Made by a program: the position numbers and the translations under genes. Below, piece after piece: positions 1 through 9,476 of a stretch of 64,000 bases of DNA; the stretch's first letter is position 1; each line of letters begins with the position of its first letter. Source of the DNA: a bacterium (GTDB taxonomy: Bacteria; Bacteroidota; Ignavibacteria; UBA10030); NCBI GenBank assembly GCA_043803945.1, contig JAZDJN010000012.1, positions 58,800 to 122,799 on the forward strand, given 5' to 3'. Under the pieces are notes generated by a model. That model was given only the letters and a program-made list of their open reading frames with translations, was not told the origin of the DNA and made no database searches.

Positions 1-1110
1 GCAACACTCCTCGGCCGGTGGTCGGTGAACCTCTGGACAGGAGTTCCGATTGTTATTCTTGTCCTGTACCTTATTTACCTCTTTGTCGGCAAGCTTGTGG
101 CTCAGGAATTGGTAGCATTCATGGAAACAAAGTTTGGCCATGAATTATGGGAACCATGGATTCGAGGTATTGTTACTCAGCACATTGCACCGGATTCATG
201 GTTGAACATACTGCTGGTTGGCGAATTCGGCGTAGTCACAATGACGATAACCTATTTGCTGTTCCTTCTTCTTCCTCTCGTTATCGCTTTCTATTTATCA
301 CTCGCTTTGCTGGAGGACAGCGGGTATCTTCCGCGGCTTGCAACACTTGTCGATCGGAGCCTGAACGCCATCGGTTTAAATGGCAGCGCGGTCATTCCTC
401 TCATCCTTGGTTTCGGGTGTGTAACAATGGCGACGGTAACAACACGCATCCTGGGAAGCGATCGGGAGCGCACCATTTCGAATGCCATTCTGCAGTTTGC
501 AGTGCCATGCTCAGCACAAATTGCTGTTGTTGCGGCAATGCTGACAGGAGCAGGCTTTAAAGCAATTCTCATCTATTCGTTTACTATCCTGCTCATGTTT
601 ATTCTAATCGGAACAATACTTCACCGATCATTGCCTGGAACTTCATCGCCGCTTCTTCTCGACCTGCCCCCCATGCGATTTCCACGATTGGATAACGTTG
701 TACGAAAGACCGCATTTCGTTCTTATTACTTTATGAAAGAGGCAACGCCATGGTTTTTCGCCGGCGCTCTCGCCATCGGCATACTGCAGATCACCGGACT
801 ACTCACAGTCTGGCAGCAACTGCTGGTGCCGCTCACAACGGGATGGCTGCAATTGCCGCGTGAAGCAGCGACAGCGTTCGTGATGGGACTAGTACGAAGA
901 GATTTCGGAGCCGCCGGTCTCTATGAACTGTCACTTTCTCCGGAGCAGGTGATCGTCTCGTTGGTCACCATTACACTCTTCACTCCCTGCGTCGCTTCAC
1001 TGATGGTCATGATAAAGGAGCGCGGGCCAAAGGAGGCGGCGCTGGTCTGGTTTGGTACGTGGGTCGGTGCGTTTCTTGTCGGTGGAATTCTTTCTCAGAT
1101 TTTGATATGA
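1..1110 (+). CDS. feoB: Ferrous iron transporter FeoB, membrane (gate) portion; 5' end lies outside the window
   Basis: Frame is open from base 1. Motifs LEDSGYLPRLA, PLILGFGC, VPCSAQ, LDLPPMRFP, GLVRRDFG and LFTPCVAS match the FeoB gate and C-terminal domains. Confidence 0.9.
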   Translation, partial: ATLLGRWSVNLWTGVPIVILVLYLIYLFVGKLVAQELVAFMETKFGHELWEPWIRGIVTQHIAPDSWLNILLVGEFGVVTMTITYLLFLLLPLVIAFYLSLALLEDSGYLPRLATLVDRSLNAIGLNGSAVIPLILGFGCVTMATVTTRILGSDRERTISNAILQFAVPCSAQIAVVAAMLTGAGFKAILIYSFTILLMFILIGTILHRSLPGTSSPLLLDLPPMRFPRLDNVVRKTAFRSYYFMKEATPWFFAGALAIGILQITGLLTVWQQLLVPLTTGWLQLPREAATAFVMGLVRRDFGAAGLYELSLSPEQVIVSLVTITLFTPCVASLMVMIKERGPKEAALVWFGTWVGAFLVGGILSQILI

Positions 1111-1310
1111 GCACAATCAGAGAGAAACTGCGCAGCGAACATCGCACCTGCCCCACGTGCGGCAATGGTATTGAGAATCCATTTTCCGAACGTTGCCCGC
1201 GATGCCTGACCCTCATTCCTGTTCTTGATCCGGGGTGTGGCACTTGCATCCACGGCACAAGCTGTCCGGTTTCAGCAGAAAAGACAAAGCATCAGCGGAA
1301 CCCTTCATAG
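1107..1310 (+). CDS. Small Cys-rich protein translationally coupled to feoB (FeoC-like / metal-binding)
   Basis: ATGA overlap with the feoB stop; 67 aa with CPTC, CPRC and CGTC-x5-C. Confidence 0.65.
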   Translation: MSTIREKLRSEHRTCPTCGNGIENPFSERCPRCLTLIPVLDPGCGTCIHGTSCPVSAEKTKHQRNPS

Positions 1311-1342
1311 GATTGCCCGGACTTGTCAGGCATCTTACACAA

Positions 1343-2113
1343 ATGCACAAACGCATCCAACGATTTGCAGTGGCACACATTTATCATCGAATTAAGCCCT
1401 TCATAAAGAGCGCTCGATTGTTGCTCCGGGGAATATTCTATCTCGGAACAACCTATCACTGTCCATGTTGTGGATGGAGTGTCAGAATATTCCTTCCGGG
1501 AGGAGACCAACGACGGCCCAATGCTCAGTGTCCACGCTGCGCTTCATTGGAGCGGCATCGTTTACTCTGGCTCTTTTTAAAGAACAGAACAAATCTGTTT
1601 TCTGCGAAACTCAAGGTTTTACACATTGCTCCTGAACCGGTATTCCAGCGAATATTTCAATCATCAGAATTGAACCTTGAGTATCTGAGCGCCGACCTTC
1701 ACAATCCTCTGGCGATGATGAATATCGATATCACCACCATCCCCTTCGCAAACGCGACCTTCGATGTCATTCTTGCCAACCACGTCCTGGAACATGTCGT
1801 GGACGACCGAAAAGCCATGAAGGAACTATACCGGGTGTTGCGGAATACTGGATGGGCAATTATTCAATCACCTATCGACGAAGGGCGGCAATCAACATTT
1901 GAAGACCCCGCAATTACCTCGCCCAACGAACGTGCGAGAATCTTTGGCCAATCGGACCATGTGCGGATCTACGGGCGGGATTATTCGAAGCGTCTTGAAG
2001 AAGCAGGATTTATCGTAACCGTTATCGACGTTGCGGCTGAGATCGGCGAGAACGAGGCGAGGCGGTTTGGGTTGTTGAAGGAAGAAAAGATTTTTCTCTG
2101 TTCCTGCAGGTAG
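1343..2113 (+). CDS. Class I SAM-dependent methyltransferase with N-terminal Zn-ribbon
   Basis: CPCCG...CPRCASLERHR, VLHIAPE, FDVILANHVLEHV and GQSDHVRIYG motifs. Start chosen at ATG 1343. Confidence 0.8.
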   Translation: MHKRIQRFAVAHIYHRIKPFIKSARLLLRGIFYLGTTYHCPCCGWSVRIFLPGGDQRRPNAQCPRCASLERHRLLWLFLKNRTNLFSAKLKVLHIAPEPVFQRIFQSSELNLEYLSADLHNPLAMMNIDITTIPFANATFDVILANHVLEHVVDDRKAMKELYRVLRNTGWAIIQSPIDEGRQSTFEDPAITSPNERARIFGQSDHVRIYGRDYSKRLEEAGFIVTVIDVAAEIGENEARRFGLLKEEKIFLCSCR

Positions 2114-2233
2114 AGACTCTTTCACGTTCTCTTTCCCAAAGATATCCTTCTCGTTCTGCATCAGATAACTCTCGCTGTGCGCCTATCGGACGCTCATCAA
2201 GCAGTTGTAGGCCAAGCACAAAGAAACGAGAGA

Positions 2234-2911
2234 TCACTTCAGAGCATTTCGTAAACCCGTGCCATGAAAGAGCTGCTCAATTGAGGCAAGCCCCGACTTA
2301 AGTTCTTCGCGGGGGAGGTTCCCTCGTTCAAGTTCCTCATCAGTTTTTACCGCCAATCGATTATAGAATTTCTTTGCCTCGTCATAATACGAGGCGTCCA
2401 TGCCGAGAAGCTGGAACAGGGTATCCTCTGCCCTGGCAAATTGCCCTTGCAGTTCATAGTAACGAACAAGGCGCCATTGCAGATCGGCAGGCAGTTCAAA
2501 CTCAGCAAGTGAGGTGATCAGTTGGGAAACACGAAGAGAGATCTCTTTTGGTAGAGTATCGCGAAATTCCGAATGTAATTCCAAATACAATGTCAGCGAC
2601 CGGATCAATCCGCGGACCCCTTCTGCCTCATGCTGTTGCAGCATGGCAACCTCTCCCCGCTCCCTCAGCAACTCTGCCATGAGAAGACATTTTTCAATAT
2701 CAAACCGATCACTTAACCTCAGCAACCGGATAAGCTCGTCTGTCGAGAGAGCATCGAGAAATGCCGGATCGGCACCCAGTAATAATTTCCCGGCGGCCGT
2801 CATATCCCGTTGGGCTTCATCGTAGCGTTTGTTCTCTTTATGAAGCAGCACCTTTGAGAGCACACGCGCAAGGTCGTTGATTATTCTGAGAATGTAATCT
2901 CGTTCTATCAT
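2234..2911 (-). CDS. DUF6483-like helical protein
   Basis: MIERDYILRII N-terminus; YYE..GQFARAEDTLF and L..GNLPREE C-terminal motifs. Confidence 0.65.
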   Translation of the reverse strand: MIERDYILRIINDLARVLSKVLLHKENKRYDEAQRDMTAAGKLLLGADPAFLDALSTDELIRLLRLSDRFDIEKCLLMAELLRERGEVAMLQQHEAEGVRGLIRSLTLYLELHSEFRDTLPKEISLRVSQLITSLAEFELPADLQWRLVRYYELQGQFARAEDTLFQLLGMDASYYDEAKKFYNRLAVKTDEELERGNLPREELKSGLASIEQLFHGTGLRNALK

Positions 2912-3096
2912 AGAATCGTTCTTTCCATCATCATACAGAAAGTAGCGACAGTTGAGACAAAATCCAAAGCTCCGAGCATCATACACCTATCTTTTTGTTT
3001 CAAATCTCGAAACTTCTACCGATCATGAGTAAGTTGCTAACAGCAGCATCATGACATACTGTTGGCTGAATCCAGCAAAGAACAATATTCCATAGA

Positions 3097-3753
3097 ATGA
3101 AAATTCTCGCTTTTTCCGATATTCACGGCGCACATCAGAGAGTGTTTGAACTTGCTTCGGCAGAATGCCCCTTCGATGCTATGATTATTGCGGGTGATAT
3201 CACGACCCATGGAACTCCCAGACAAGCTTTGGATGCCATCGAACAATTTCAGTCACTGGGGAAACCTCTCTTCGTCGTGACGGGTAATATGGATCCTGTG
3301 GATATTGGACGACGCATTCAGGATCACGGTAGTTCCATTGATGGAAATGGAATCGTCTGGAACGACGTTGGATTCTTTGGTGTAGGCGGCTCACCATTTA
3401 CTCCAATGCATACGCCCAATGAATTGCCGGAAGAAGAGATCACCCGTCGATGCGAAGAGGGATGGAATAAGGTGAATGATGCACGATGGAAAATATTTGT
3501 ACCCCATGCTCCGCCGTACAAGACTACAATCGACAGAATTATGACCGGAAACCATGTTGGAAGTACTGCCATCCGGATATGCATCGAACAGCACCAGCCT
3601 CACGCTGTCGTGTGCGGACATATTCACGAAGCGCGAGGAACCGACCGCCTGGGAACAAGCCAGATGGTCAACTGCGGCCCGGCAGGATCGGGATCATACG
3701 CCGTAATCCGGATTGAAGACACACTGACGATTGAACTTCGAGGAGGTTATTGA
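3097..3753 (+). CDS. Calcineurin-like metallophosphoesterase (Icc-related)
   Basis: SDIHG, AGDIT, TGNMD, HAPP and CGHIHE motifs. Confidence 0.9.
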   Translation: MKILAFSDIHGAHQRVFELASAECPFDAMIIAGDITTHGTPRQALDAIEQFQSLGKPLFVVTGNMDPVDIGRRIQDHGSSIDGNGIVWNDVGFFGVGGSPFTPMHTPNELPEEEITRRCEEGWNKVNDARWKIFVPHAPPYKTTIDRIMTGNHVGSTAIRICIEQHQPHAVVCGHIHEARGTDRLGTSQMVNCGPAGSGSYAVIRIEDTLTIELRGGY

Positions 3754-4358
3754 TGAGTGTCGGTTTTATCGGCCTTGGTATTATGGGAACTCCGATGGCC
3801 GCACGCTTTTTGAACAGTGGCAATACTCTCGTTGTCTCTAACCGGACCCGCGCAAAAGCAGAAGCATTGATTACTTGTGGATCTCAATGGTGTACAACTT
3901 CTTCGGATGTTGCAAGGCAATGTGAGGTTGTTTTCACCATGGTTTCAACTCCCGATGCCCTGCGGCATGTCGCTCTAGGGTCAGAGGGAATCCTTTCCGG
4001 TTTCACTTCCGGTGGAATTCACGTCGACACCAGCACAGTCTCGCCGATGCTGACCGAAGAGCTGGAGACAGTGTATCAGAAGAATGGTTGTTCATTTCTT
4101 CACGCGCCGGTCCTTGGCAGCATACCACAGGCCACAGAGGGCACTCTGCTTCTTTTTGTAGGCGGGAACAACAAGGCTTATCTACGCGTTCAGCCATTGC
4201 TTCAACTCCTCAGTCAGAAGATCTGGCGTTTTGAGCAAGCCTCCCAGGCTTCCCATATGAAGCTGTTGTGCAATTCCTTTATTGCCGGGATGATTACGAC
4301 ACTCGCTCAAGCTATCGTCTATTCACTTGAACAACGACAGAACCAGGGAGCAGTATGA
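3753..4358 (+). pseudogene. 3-hydroxyisobutyrate / 6-phosphogluconate dehydrogenase family oxidoreductase with most of the C-terminal domain missing
   Basis: GFIGLGIMG Rossmann motif, DTSTVSP, APVLGS and catalytic KLLCN are present, but the protein ends ~30 aa later (about 200 aa, versus about 290 typical). Confidence 0.6.
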
Positions 4359-4999
4359 ATAAACCCGTAGTTGTTATCTTCGACCTCGGCAATGTTTTAG
4401 TCCACATTCACCCTGAGTGCTTTCTTCAGTCGCTTGGTATCGATTCGCCTGAGAACCGCCGCTATTTCCAACCCTTTGTCATTGAGGCAGTTCAACGCTA
4501 CGAACGTGGTGAAGAAACAACGGGCCAATACCTGGAACGAATTTCTCAACTTGTCAATATTCAGGCAAGAGAACATCAGCCATCACTCTCATTGCCAAAA
4601 CATCTTTTCACGCGTGAGCAGCTTGTCCAGGCCATGAAGAGCATCATAGGGGATCCCATTCAAGAAATGGAACAACTTGTCCACAGCGTCGCGAAGAATT
4701 ATCAAACCGCTCTTCTGAGCAACACCAATCCTCTCCATTACGATCATTGTCTTGAACACCTCCCTGTGCTCCATCAAATTCCCCAGCACATTCTTTCATA
4801 CAAGTTCCATTGCCTCAAACCTGGTTCACTCATTTTCGAAAAAGCTGCTCAATATCTCCACGCCGACCCGTCCGAGATCCTTTTCATCGATGATGCAGCA
4901 GAGAATGTTCGCGGGGCCGCTGAAATAGGCTATCGATTCATCCAGTTTCAGGGAAAGGATGCGTTGGAGTCCAAATTGAGAATCCTTGAAATCCTGTAA
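4355..4999 (+). CDS. HAD-family phosphatase (YihX-like)
   Basis: FDLGNVL, LLSNTN, KP and FIDD..EN motifs. Confidence 0.85.
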   Translation: MNKPVVVIFDLGNVLVHIHPECFLQSLGIDSPENRRYFQPFVIEAVQRYERGEETTGQYLERISQLVNIQAREHQPSLSLPKHLFTREQLVQAMKSIIGDPIQEMEQLVHSVAKNYQTALLSNTNPLHYDHCLEHLPVLHQIPQHILSYKFHCLKPGSLIFEKAAQYLHADPSEILFIDDAAENVRGAAEIGYRFIQFQGKDALESKLRILEIL

Positions 5000-5129
5000 A
5001 AATCGATATCGACGAATCTTCGGAGTTCGTCATATCAAAGTGGGGAAATCTTCTGCCTAACGATTTTGGTGATATAAAGCACTGAAAACGACGAATTTAA
5101 AAAACCCTTATTTTCCAAGCATTTTTTAC

Positions 5130-5191
5130 TTGACTTTGTAACGCGATTCCATAACTTTCCATGCCGTGTGGGGAAAAGTGGGGAATCTGGG
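5130..5191 (+). promoter_or_regulatory. dcw promoter (TTGACT-N16-TAACTT) followed by MraZ-binding GTGGG repeats
   Basis: TTGACT at 5130-5135 and TAACTT at 5152-5157; GTGGGG at 5168 and 5178 (10-nt period), TGGG at 5188; another GTGGGGAAA at 5040. Confidence 0.75.
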
Positions 5192-5240
5192 AGAGCAATT
5201 TCCTCGATATTTCAAGGGTCATATTTAGAAGGCACTTCTT

Positions 5241-5690
5241 ATGTCGTCATTCAAGGGTCGTTATTCATATTCCGTCGATAATAAAGGGCGGATTGCGCTG
5301 CCGGCAAAATTACGGAAAAATGTGTCTCCGGAAGCGAATGAGACATTTATCATCACCCGCGGGTTTGAACAGTGCCTTTTTGTTTATCCTCAAGATGAAT
5401 GGAATAAAGTTGAGGAATCCATTCGCCGCCTCTCCTCGACAAACCCCCAACATCGTTTCTTTATTCGTACGCTGCTTCAATGGGCTACAGAATCTCAATT
5501 GGACAATCAGGCCCGCCTTTCCGTTCAGCAGGAGCTTCTGAAGTTCGCCGGTATCGAAAATGAGGTGATCATTCTCGGCGTCCTTGAACGGATTGAGATC
5601 TGGAATCCAAAAGTCTACGAAGCGTATATGAATAATCAGTTGGCAACCTATGAGACTGTTGCCGAAACGATTTTAAAACCGATTCAATAA
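5241..5690 (+). CDS. mraZ: Division/cell wall cluster transcriptional repressor MraZ
   Basis: FKGRYSYSVDNKGRIALP, LDNQARL, GVLERIEIW; first gene of the dcw cluster. Confidence 0.97.
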   Translation: MSSFKGRYSYSVDNKGRIALPAKLRKNVSPEANETFIITRGFEQCLFVYPQDEWNKVEESIRRLSSTNPQHRFFIRTLLQWATESQLDNQARLSVQQELLKFAGIENEVIILGVLERIEIWNPKVYEAYMNNQLATYETVAETILKPIQ

Positions 5691-5700
5691 CCTGAGTGGT

Positions 5701-6639
5701 ATGACTGGGCGTTCAACGCAGTACCATACGCCGGTCCTCAGTAACGAAGTTCTCTCGTACTTGCTCACTTCACCGGGTGGAGTCTATGTTGACGCCACGC
5801 TTGGTGGCGGAGGTCATACGGAAGCGATACTGGCTCATTGTTCCTCAACTGCAACAGTTATAGGAATCGATGCAGACCAGGATGCTCTCCGGTTTGCCTC
5901 CGAACGATTACAGCGCTATGGAAATCGATTCCAGGCCATTGCAGGAAATTACGGGAGATGCGGAGAACTTCTCAAGGCTGTGGGACTGAGTTCTGTATCA
6001 GGATTTCTTTTTGATCTTGGAGTATCCTCGTTCCAGCTTGATGAACCATCGAAGGGTTTTAGTTATCGTGAACATGCACCGCTCGACTTGCGAATGGACG
6101 CAACACAACCACTTGACGGACGATCGGTTGTCAATAATTACTCAGAACATGAACTTGCAACGCTGCTCTGGCAGTACGGCGAAGAACGGGCTTCACGGCG
6201 AATTGCACGGGCAATCGTCAGAAAGCGGGAGCAGGGGTCGATTCAGTCAACAACGCAGCTCGTTACTCTTGTCAAAGCAAGTGTTGGAGAGCAACACCTT
6301 GTGAAATCGCTCGCACGCGTATTTCAGGCGCTGCGAATTGAAGTGAATAACGAACTGGAGAATCTCAAGCTTGGATTGGCCGGAGCTCTGGCTCTGCTCA
6401 CAAGCGGCGGAAGGATCGTTGTGATTTCGTATCACTCCCTTGAGGATCGAATTGTTAAAGAGGCATTCAAACACGCGGCAGCGAAAATAAAACCGTCAGG
6501 ACATAAGCTTGTGCCCGACGAGATTCTTCAACCAACGGTAATGATCGTAACAAAAAAACCGATCGAACCGTCAGTAGAAGAAATCCGGATTAATCCTCGT
6601 GCGCGAAGTGCAAAATTACGGGCGGCAGAAAAGATCTAA
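5701..6639 (+). CDS. rsmH: 16S rRNA m4C1402 methyltransferase RsmH
   Basis: HTPVL, DATLGGGGHT, DLGVSSFQLD, FQALRIEVN, SYHSLEDRIVK, NPRARSAKLR. Confidence 0.97.
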   Translation: MTGRSTQYHTPVLSNEVLSYLLTSPGGVYVDATLGGGGHTEAILAHCSSTATVIGIDADQDALRFASERLQRYGNRFQAIAGNYGRCGELLKAVGLSSVSGFLFDLGVSSFQLDEPSKGFSYREHAPLDLRMDATQPLDGRSVVNNYSEHELATLLWQYGEERASRRIARAIVRKREQGSIQSTTQLVTLVKASVGEQHLVKSLARVFQALRIEVNNELENLKLGLAGALALLTSGGRIVVISYHSLEDRIVKEAFKHAAAKIKPSGHKLVPDEILQPTVMIVTKKPIEPSVEEIRINPRARSAKLRAAEKI

Positions 6640-6663
6640 GCGTGACATTCCAATATTCAAGTG

Positions 6664-6697
6664 CAGAGCAATGCAACATCCGTGCTGCATTGCTCTG
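6664..6697 (+). other. Perfect 12-bp stem hairpin between rsmH and ftsL
   Basis: CAGAGCAATGCA-N10-TGCATTGCTCTG. No U-tract follows, so it is more likely a processing or stability element than a terminator. Confidence 0.5.
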
Positions 6698-6738
6698 ACT
6701 GACTCATTATCCGGGTAACGGCAAATTCAAATAAAGGT

Positions 6739-7272
6739 ATGATGGCCAAGGGAAACAAAATGGGTGCAGAGATCCTTGCAGAGCGGGCAATGGAACCGGA
6801 GGTTCCTTCCCCCGGACAAGGAGCAAGCCGGCCTCGGCCTTCTTTTTCACAGGATGAGCCTGCTGAACGCCGAATTTATGGAGGCACGATGCCTAAGCCA
6901 CCTGAATCAGAAGGGATGCAGGACCGGCAACAGCCATCACAGAACCGAAGGGTGGCAAACCGGAAAGTTTCTACGTTCAACATCATTTTAATGTTAATGG
7001 GTACAGCAATACTGACAGTACTCTACGTTGGCAATATTATTGCGGTTGATCAATTGACGAAGGAAATCGGAGTACAACAGGCAGCGCTGACAAAAATCCT
7101 CAATGAGCAGGAACTGTTGAAGGCAAAAATAAGCCAGATGTCGAGTCTGGAGCGGGTGCGTACACGAGCCGCCGATGAAATCGGCCTGCGGGATCCGAAG
7201 GAACCGCCTCGGTGGATTTCTGTCGATTCAGAAAAAATCCGAACATTGAAAGAAAATTCAAAACGAGACTAG
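6739..7272 (+). CDS. ftsL: Cell division protein FtsL-like (long disordered N-terminus, one TM, coiled coil)
   Basis: Sits between rsmH and ftsI; single TM followed by heptad repeats and SSLERVRTRAADEIGL. Confidence 0.75.
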   Translation: MMAKGNKMGAEILAERAMEPEVPSPGQGASRPRPSFSQDEPAERRIYGGTMPKPPESEGMQDRQQPSQNRRVANRKVSTFNIILMLMGTAILTVLYVGNIIAVDQLTKEIGVQQAALTKILNEQELLKAKISQMSSLERVRTRAADEIGLRDPKEPPRWISVDSEKIRTLKENSKRD

Positions 7273-9470
7273 TGACCGAACCAAAGAACATACCGTTTCA
7301 GGAATCGGAATTACCAAACGAGAGTGCACGGAAACAATTCGGCCGGCGATTTATTGTGGTGAAGCTCTTCCTTGCCCTGGTCTTCTTGATCATCACGGCC
7401 CGGCTGGTTCAAATCCAGATTATCGATTCGGCAGACTATCAGGCAAAGGCCCGGCGGCAGTATGAACAAAAGGTCATTCTGAAAGCGGTCCGTGGAAATA
7501 TCTTCGACCGCTCTCATAATGTCCTTGTCTCGAATTCAATGTTTGTCTCATTTGCTGCCGATCCGAAAAATATCGAGGATGAAGAGAACTATATCGCCAA
7601 TAAATTCTCACAGATCTTCGGAAAACCCCGCTCGGCCTACCTTCCCCGTTTGAACGCAACAACAGCATCGGGCGCTCCAAAGCGGTTTGTGTGGCTTGAA
7701 CGGCAGGTGCCTTCCGAAAAAGCGAAAAAGATCCAATCCTACACACTTCCCGGTGTCGTTGCCTTGAACGAGCCAAAACGCCTCTACCATTTCAACGAAG
7801 TGGCGGGAACCATCATCGGGTTTACCGATATCGATGATAGAGGGATCTCAGGCATTGAGCTTCAAGTCGATGAATACCTGAAAGGGAAAGACGGTTTCAT
7901 CGTCATGCAGCGTGATGGTCTCGGCCGAGCACGGCCATCGGTCGATTACCCGCGGCTGGAACCGGTTGACGGCAACGATGTGGAACTGACGATCGATCTC
8001 GGATACCAGTCAATTGTAGAGAACGAGCTACTGAAGGGCGTTCAGAAGAATAACGCCGATGCCGGACTTGCCGTAATGCTCAATCCAAAAACAGGCGAAA
8101 TTTTGGCGATGGCCAATGTCCCCGGGATTGATCCGAATTCATTTGATAAATTAAACTTCAATGCCGCACGCAACCGCGTTGTCACAGATATGTTTGAACC
8201 CGGATCGGTGTTCAAAGTGGCAACAGCCTCTGCTGCTCTTGAACATAACCTGTTCCCGTTCGACAAGCGATTCTATGCGGAACGAGGTGAGTACATCGTT
8301 CCCATGAGCCAGAACCGAACACGATCGATTAAAGATACCCACGAGTACGAATGGCTCTCGTTCGAAGAGGCTATTGTTGTCTCAAGCAACATCGTGATGG
8401 CTAAGGCAAGCGGCGTGATCGGTTCGGAACGGTTATACAGGCAGGCAAGGAATTTCGGGTTCGGAATACTGACCGGTGTTGATCTTCCCGGAGAAGTACG
8501 GGGTATTTTGAAAAGGCCCAATGAGTGGTCCGGAACAACATTAATGACACTCTCCTACGGATACGAAGTAGGCGTTACACCGTTACAGATCGCATGTGCC
8601 TATGCAGCAGTAGCAAACAACGGTGTGCTGATGAGGCCGTACATTGTTTCAGCAATTCGGAATCGCCTCGGAGAAGAGGTTATGGTGCAACAACCTCAGA
8701 AGATCCGGACAGTGATTTCTCCTGCCACGGCAGAGTTGTTGACACGGGCGTTTGAGGGCGTGGTCGAGCGGGGCACGGCAAAGGATGCACGGATTGAAGG
8801 AATGCGGATTGCAGGTAAGACGGGAACCTCGCGCAAAGTAATCGATGGACATTATGGCAGCGGCGAGTACACTACTTCCTTCGTCGGATTTTTTCCTGCG
8901 GAGAATCCGCAAATCGTTTGCCTCGTGATGATGGATAATCCAAAAAGCGGGAGCTACTACGGCGGACTGACGAGCGCACCGGTGTTTCGTGCGATTGCGG
9001 AACGCATCATTAATACAACCGGACACTTCACAAAGACTCCCCAATCGCAAGGTCAACCCACTCCGCAAAATGGCATTCGTGTTCCCGATGTTCGAACACT
9101 CCATATTACGATCGCAAGTAAAATTTTAGAGGTTGAGGGGCTGAAAGCGGAATCGATTGGCAAGGGAGAAATTGTTGTTCGCCAGGTCCCGGAACCGGGC
9201 CAGCGCCTCGAACAGGGTGATGTCGTTCAACTCGTGGCCAAGGATGACACAGAAAGAAAACAGGATGGGTTGGTCTTGATTCCAGAGCTCAGAGGCATGA
9301 GCCTTCGGCGTGCGATCAACCGACTGGTGGTTGAAAATCTTGATATGAAAGTACGCGGTTCAGGTGTTGTGGTGGATCAATCTCCGGCAGCAGGCCAGAA
9401 GGTTGCCCCCGGTACCACAGTTCAAATTCTCTGTGAGCCCAAAACCAGCGTCTCTGCAGTATTGTATTAG
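7272..9470 (+). CDS. ftsI: Division-specific class B PBP (FtsI/PBP3) with two C-terminal PASTA domains
   Basis: RGNIFDR, EPGSVFK (SxxK), SSN, KTGT; PASTA repeats VPDVRTL and IPELRGMS. GTG start overlaps the ftsL stop. Confidence 0.93.
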   Translation: MTEPKNIPFQESELPNESARKQFGRRFIVVKLFLALVFLIITARLVQIQIIDSADYQAKARRQYEQKVILKAVRGNIFDRSHNVLVSNSMFVSFAADPKNIEDEENYIANKFSQIFGKPRSAYLPRLNATTASGAPKRFVWLERQVPSEKAKKIQSYTLPGVVALNEPKRLYHFNEVAGTIIGFTDIDDRGISGIELQVDEYLKGKDGFIVMQRDGLGRARPSVDYPRLEPVDGNDVELTIDLGYQSIVENELLKGVQKNNADAGLAVMLNPKTGEILAMANVPGIDPNSFDKLNFNAARNRVVTDMFEPGSVFKVATASAALEHNLFPFDKRFYAERGEYIVPMSQNRTRSIKDTHEYEWLSFEEAIVVSSNIVMAKASGVIGSERLYRQARNFGFGILTGVDLPGEVRGILKRPNEWSGTTLMTLSYGYEVGVTPLQIACAYAAVANNGVLMRPYIVSAIRNRLGEEVMVQQPQKIRTVISPATAELLTRAFEGVVERGTAKDARIEGMRIAGKTGTSRKVIDGHYGSGEYTTSFVGFFPAENPQIVCLVMMDNPKSGSYYGGLTSAPVFRAIAERIINTTGHFTKTPQSQGQPTPQNGIRVPDVRTLHITIASKILEVEGLKAESIGKGEIVVRQVPEPGQRLEQGDVVQLVAKDDTERKQDGLVLIPELRGMSLRRAINRLVVENLDMKVRGSGVVVDQSPAAGQKVAPGTTVQILCEPKTSVSAVLY

Positions 9471-9476
9471 GTGGAT

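Noticed and set aside
2114-2237. Possible collapsed gene remnant downstream of the DUF6483-like gene
   Set aside because: The fragments (MISRFFVLGLQLL and AHSESYLMQNEKDIFGK) are too short to assign to any family.
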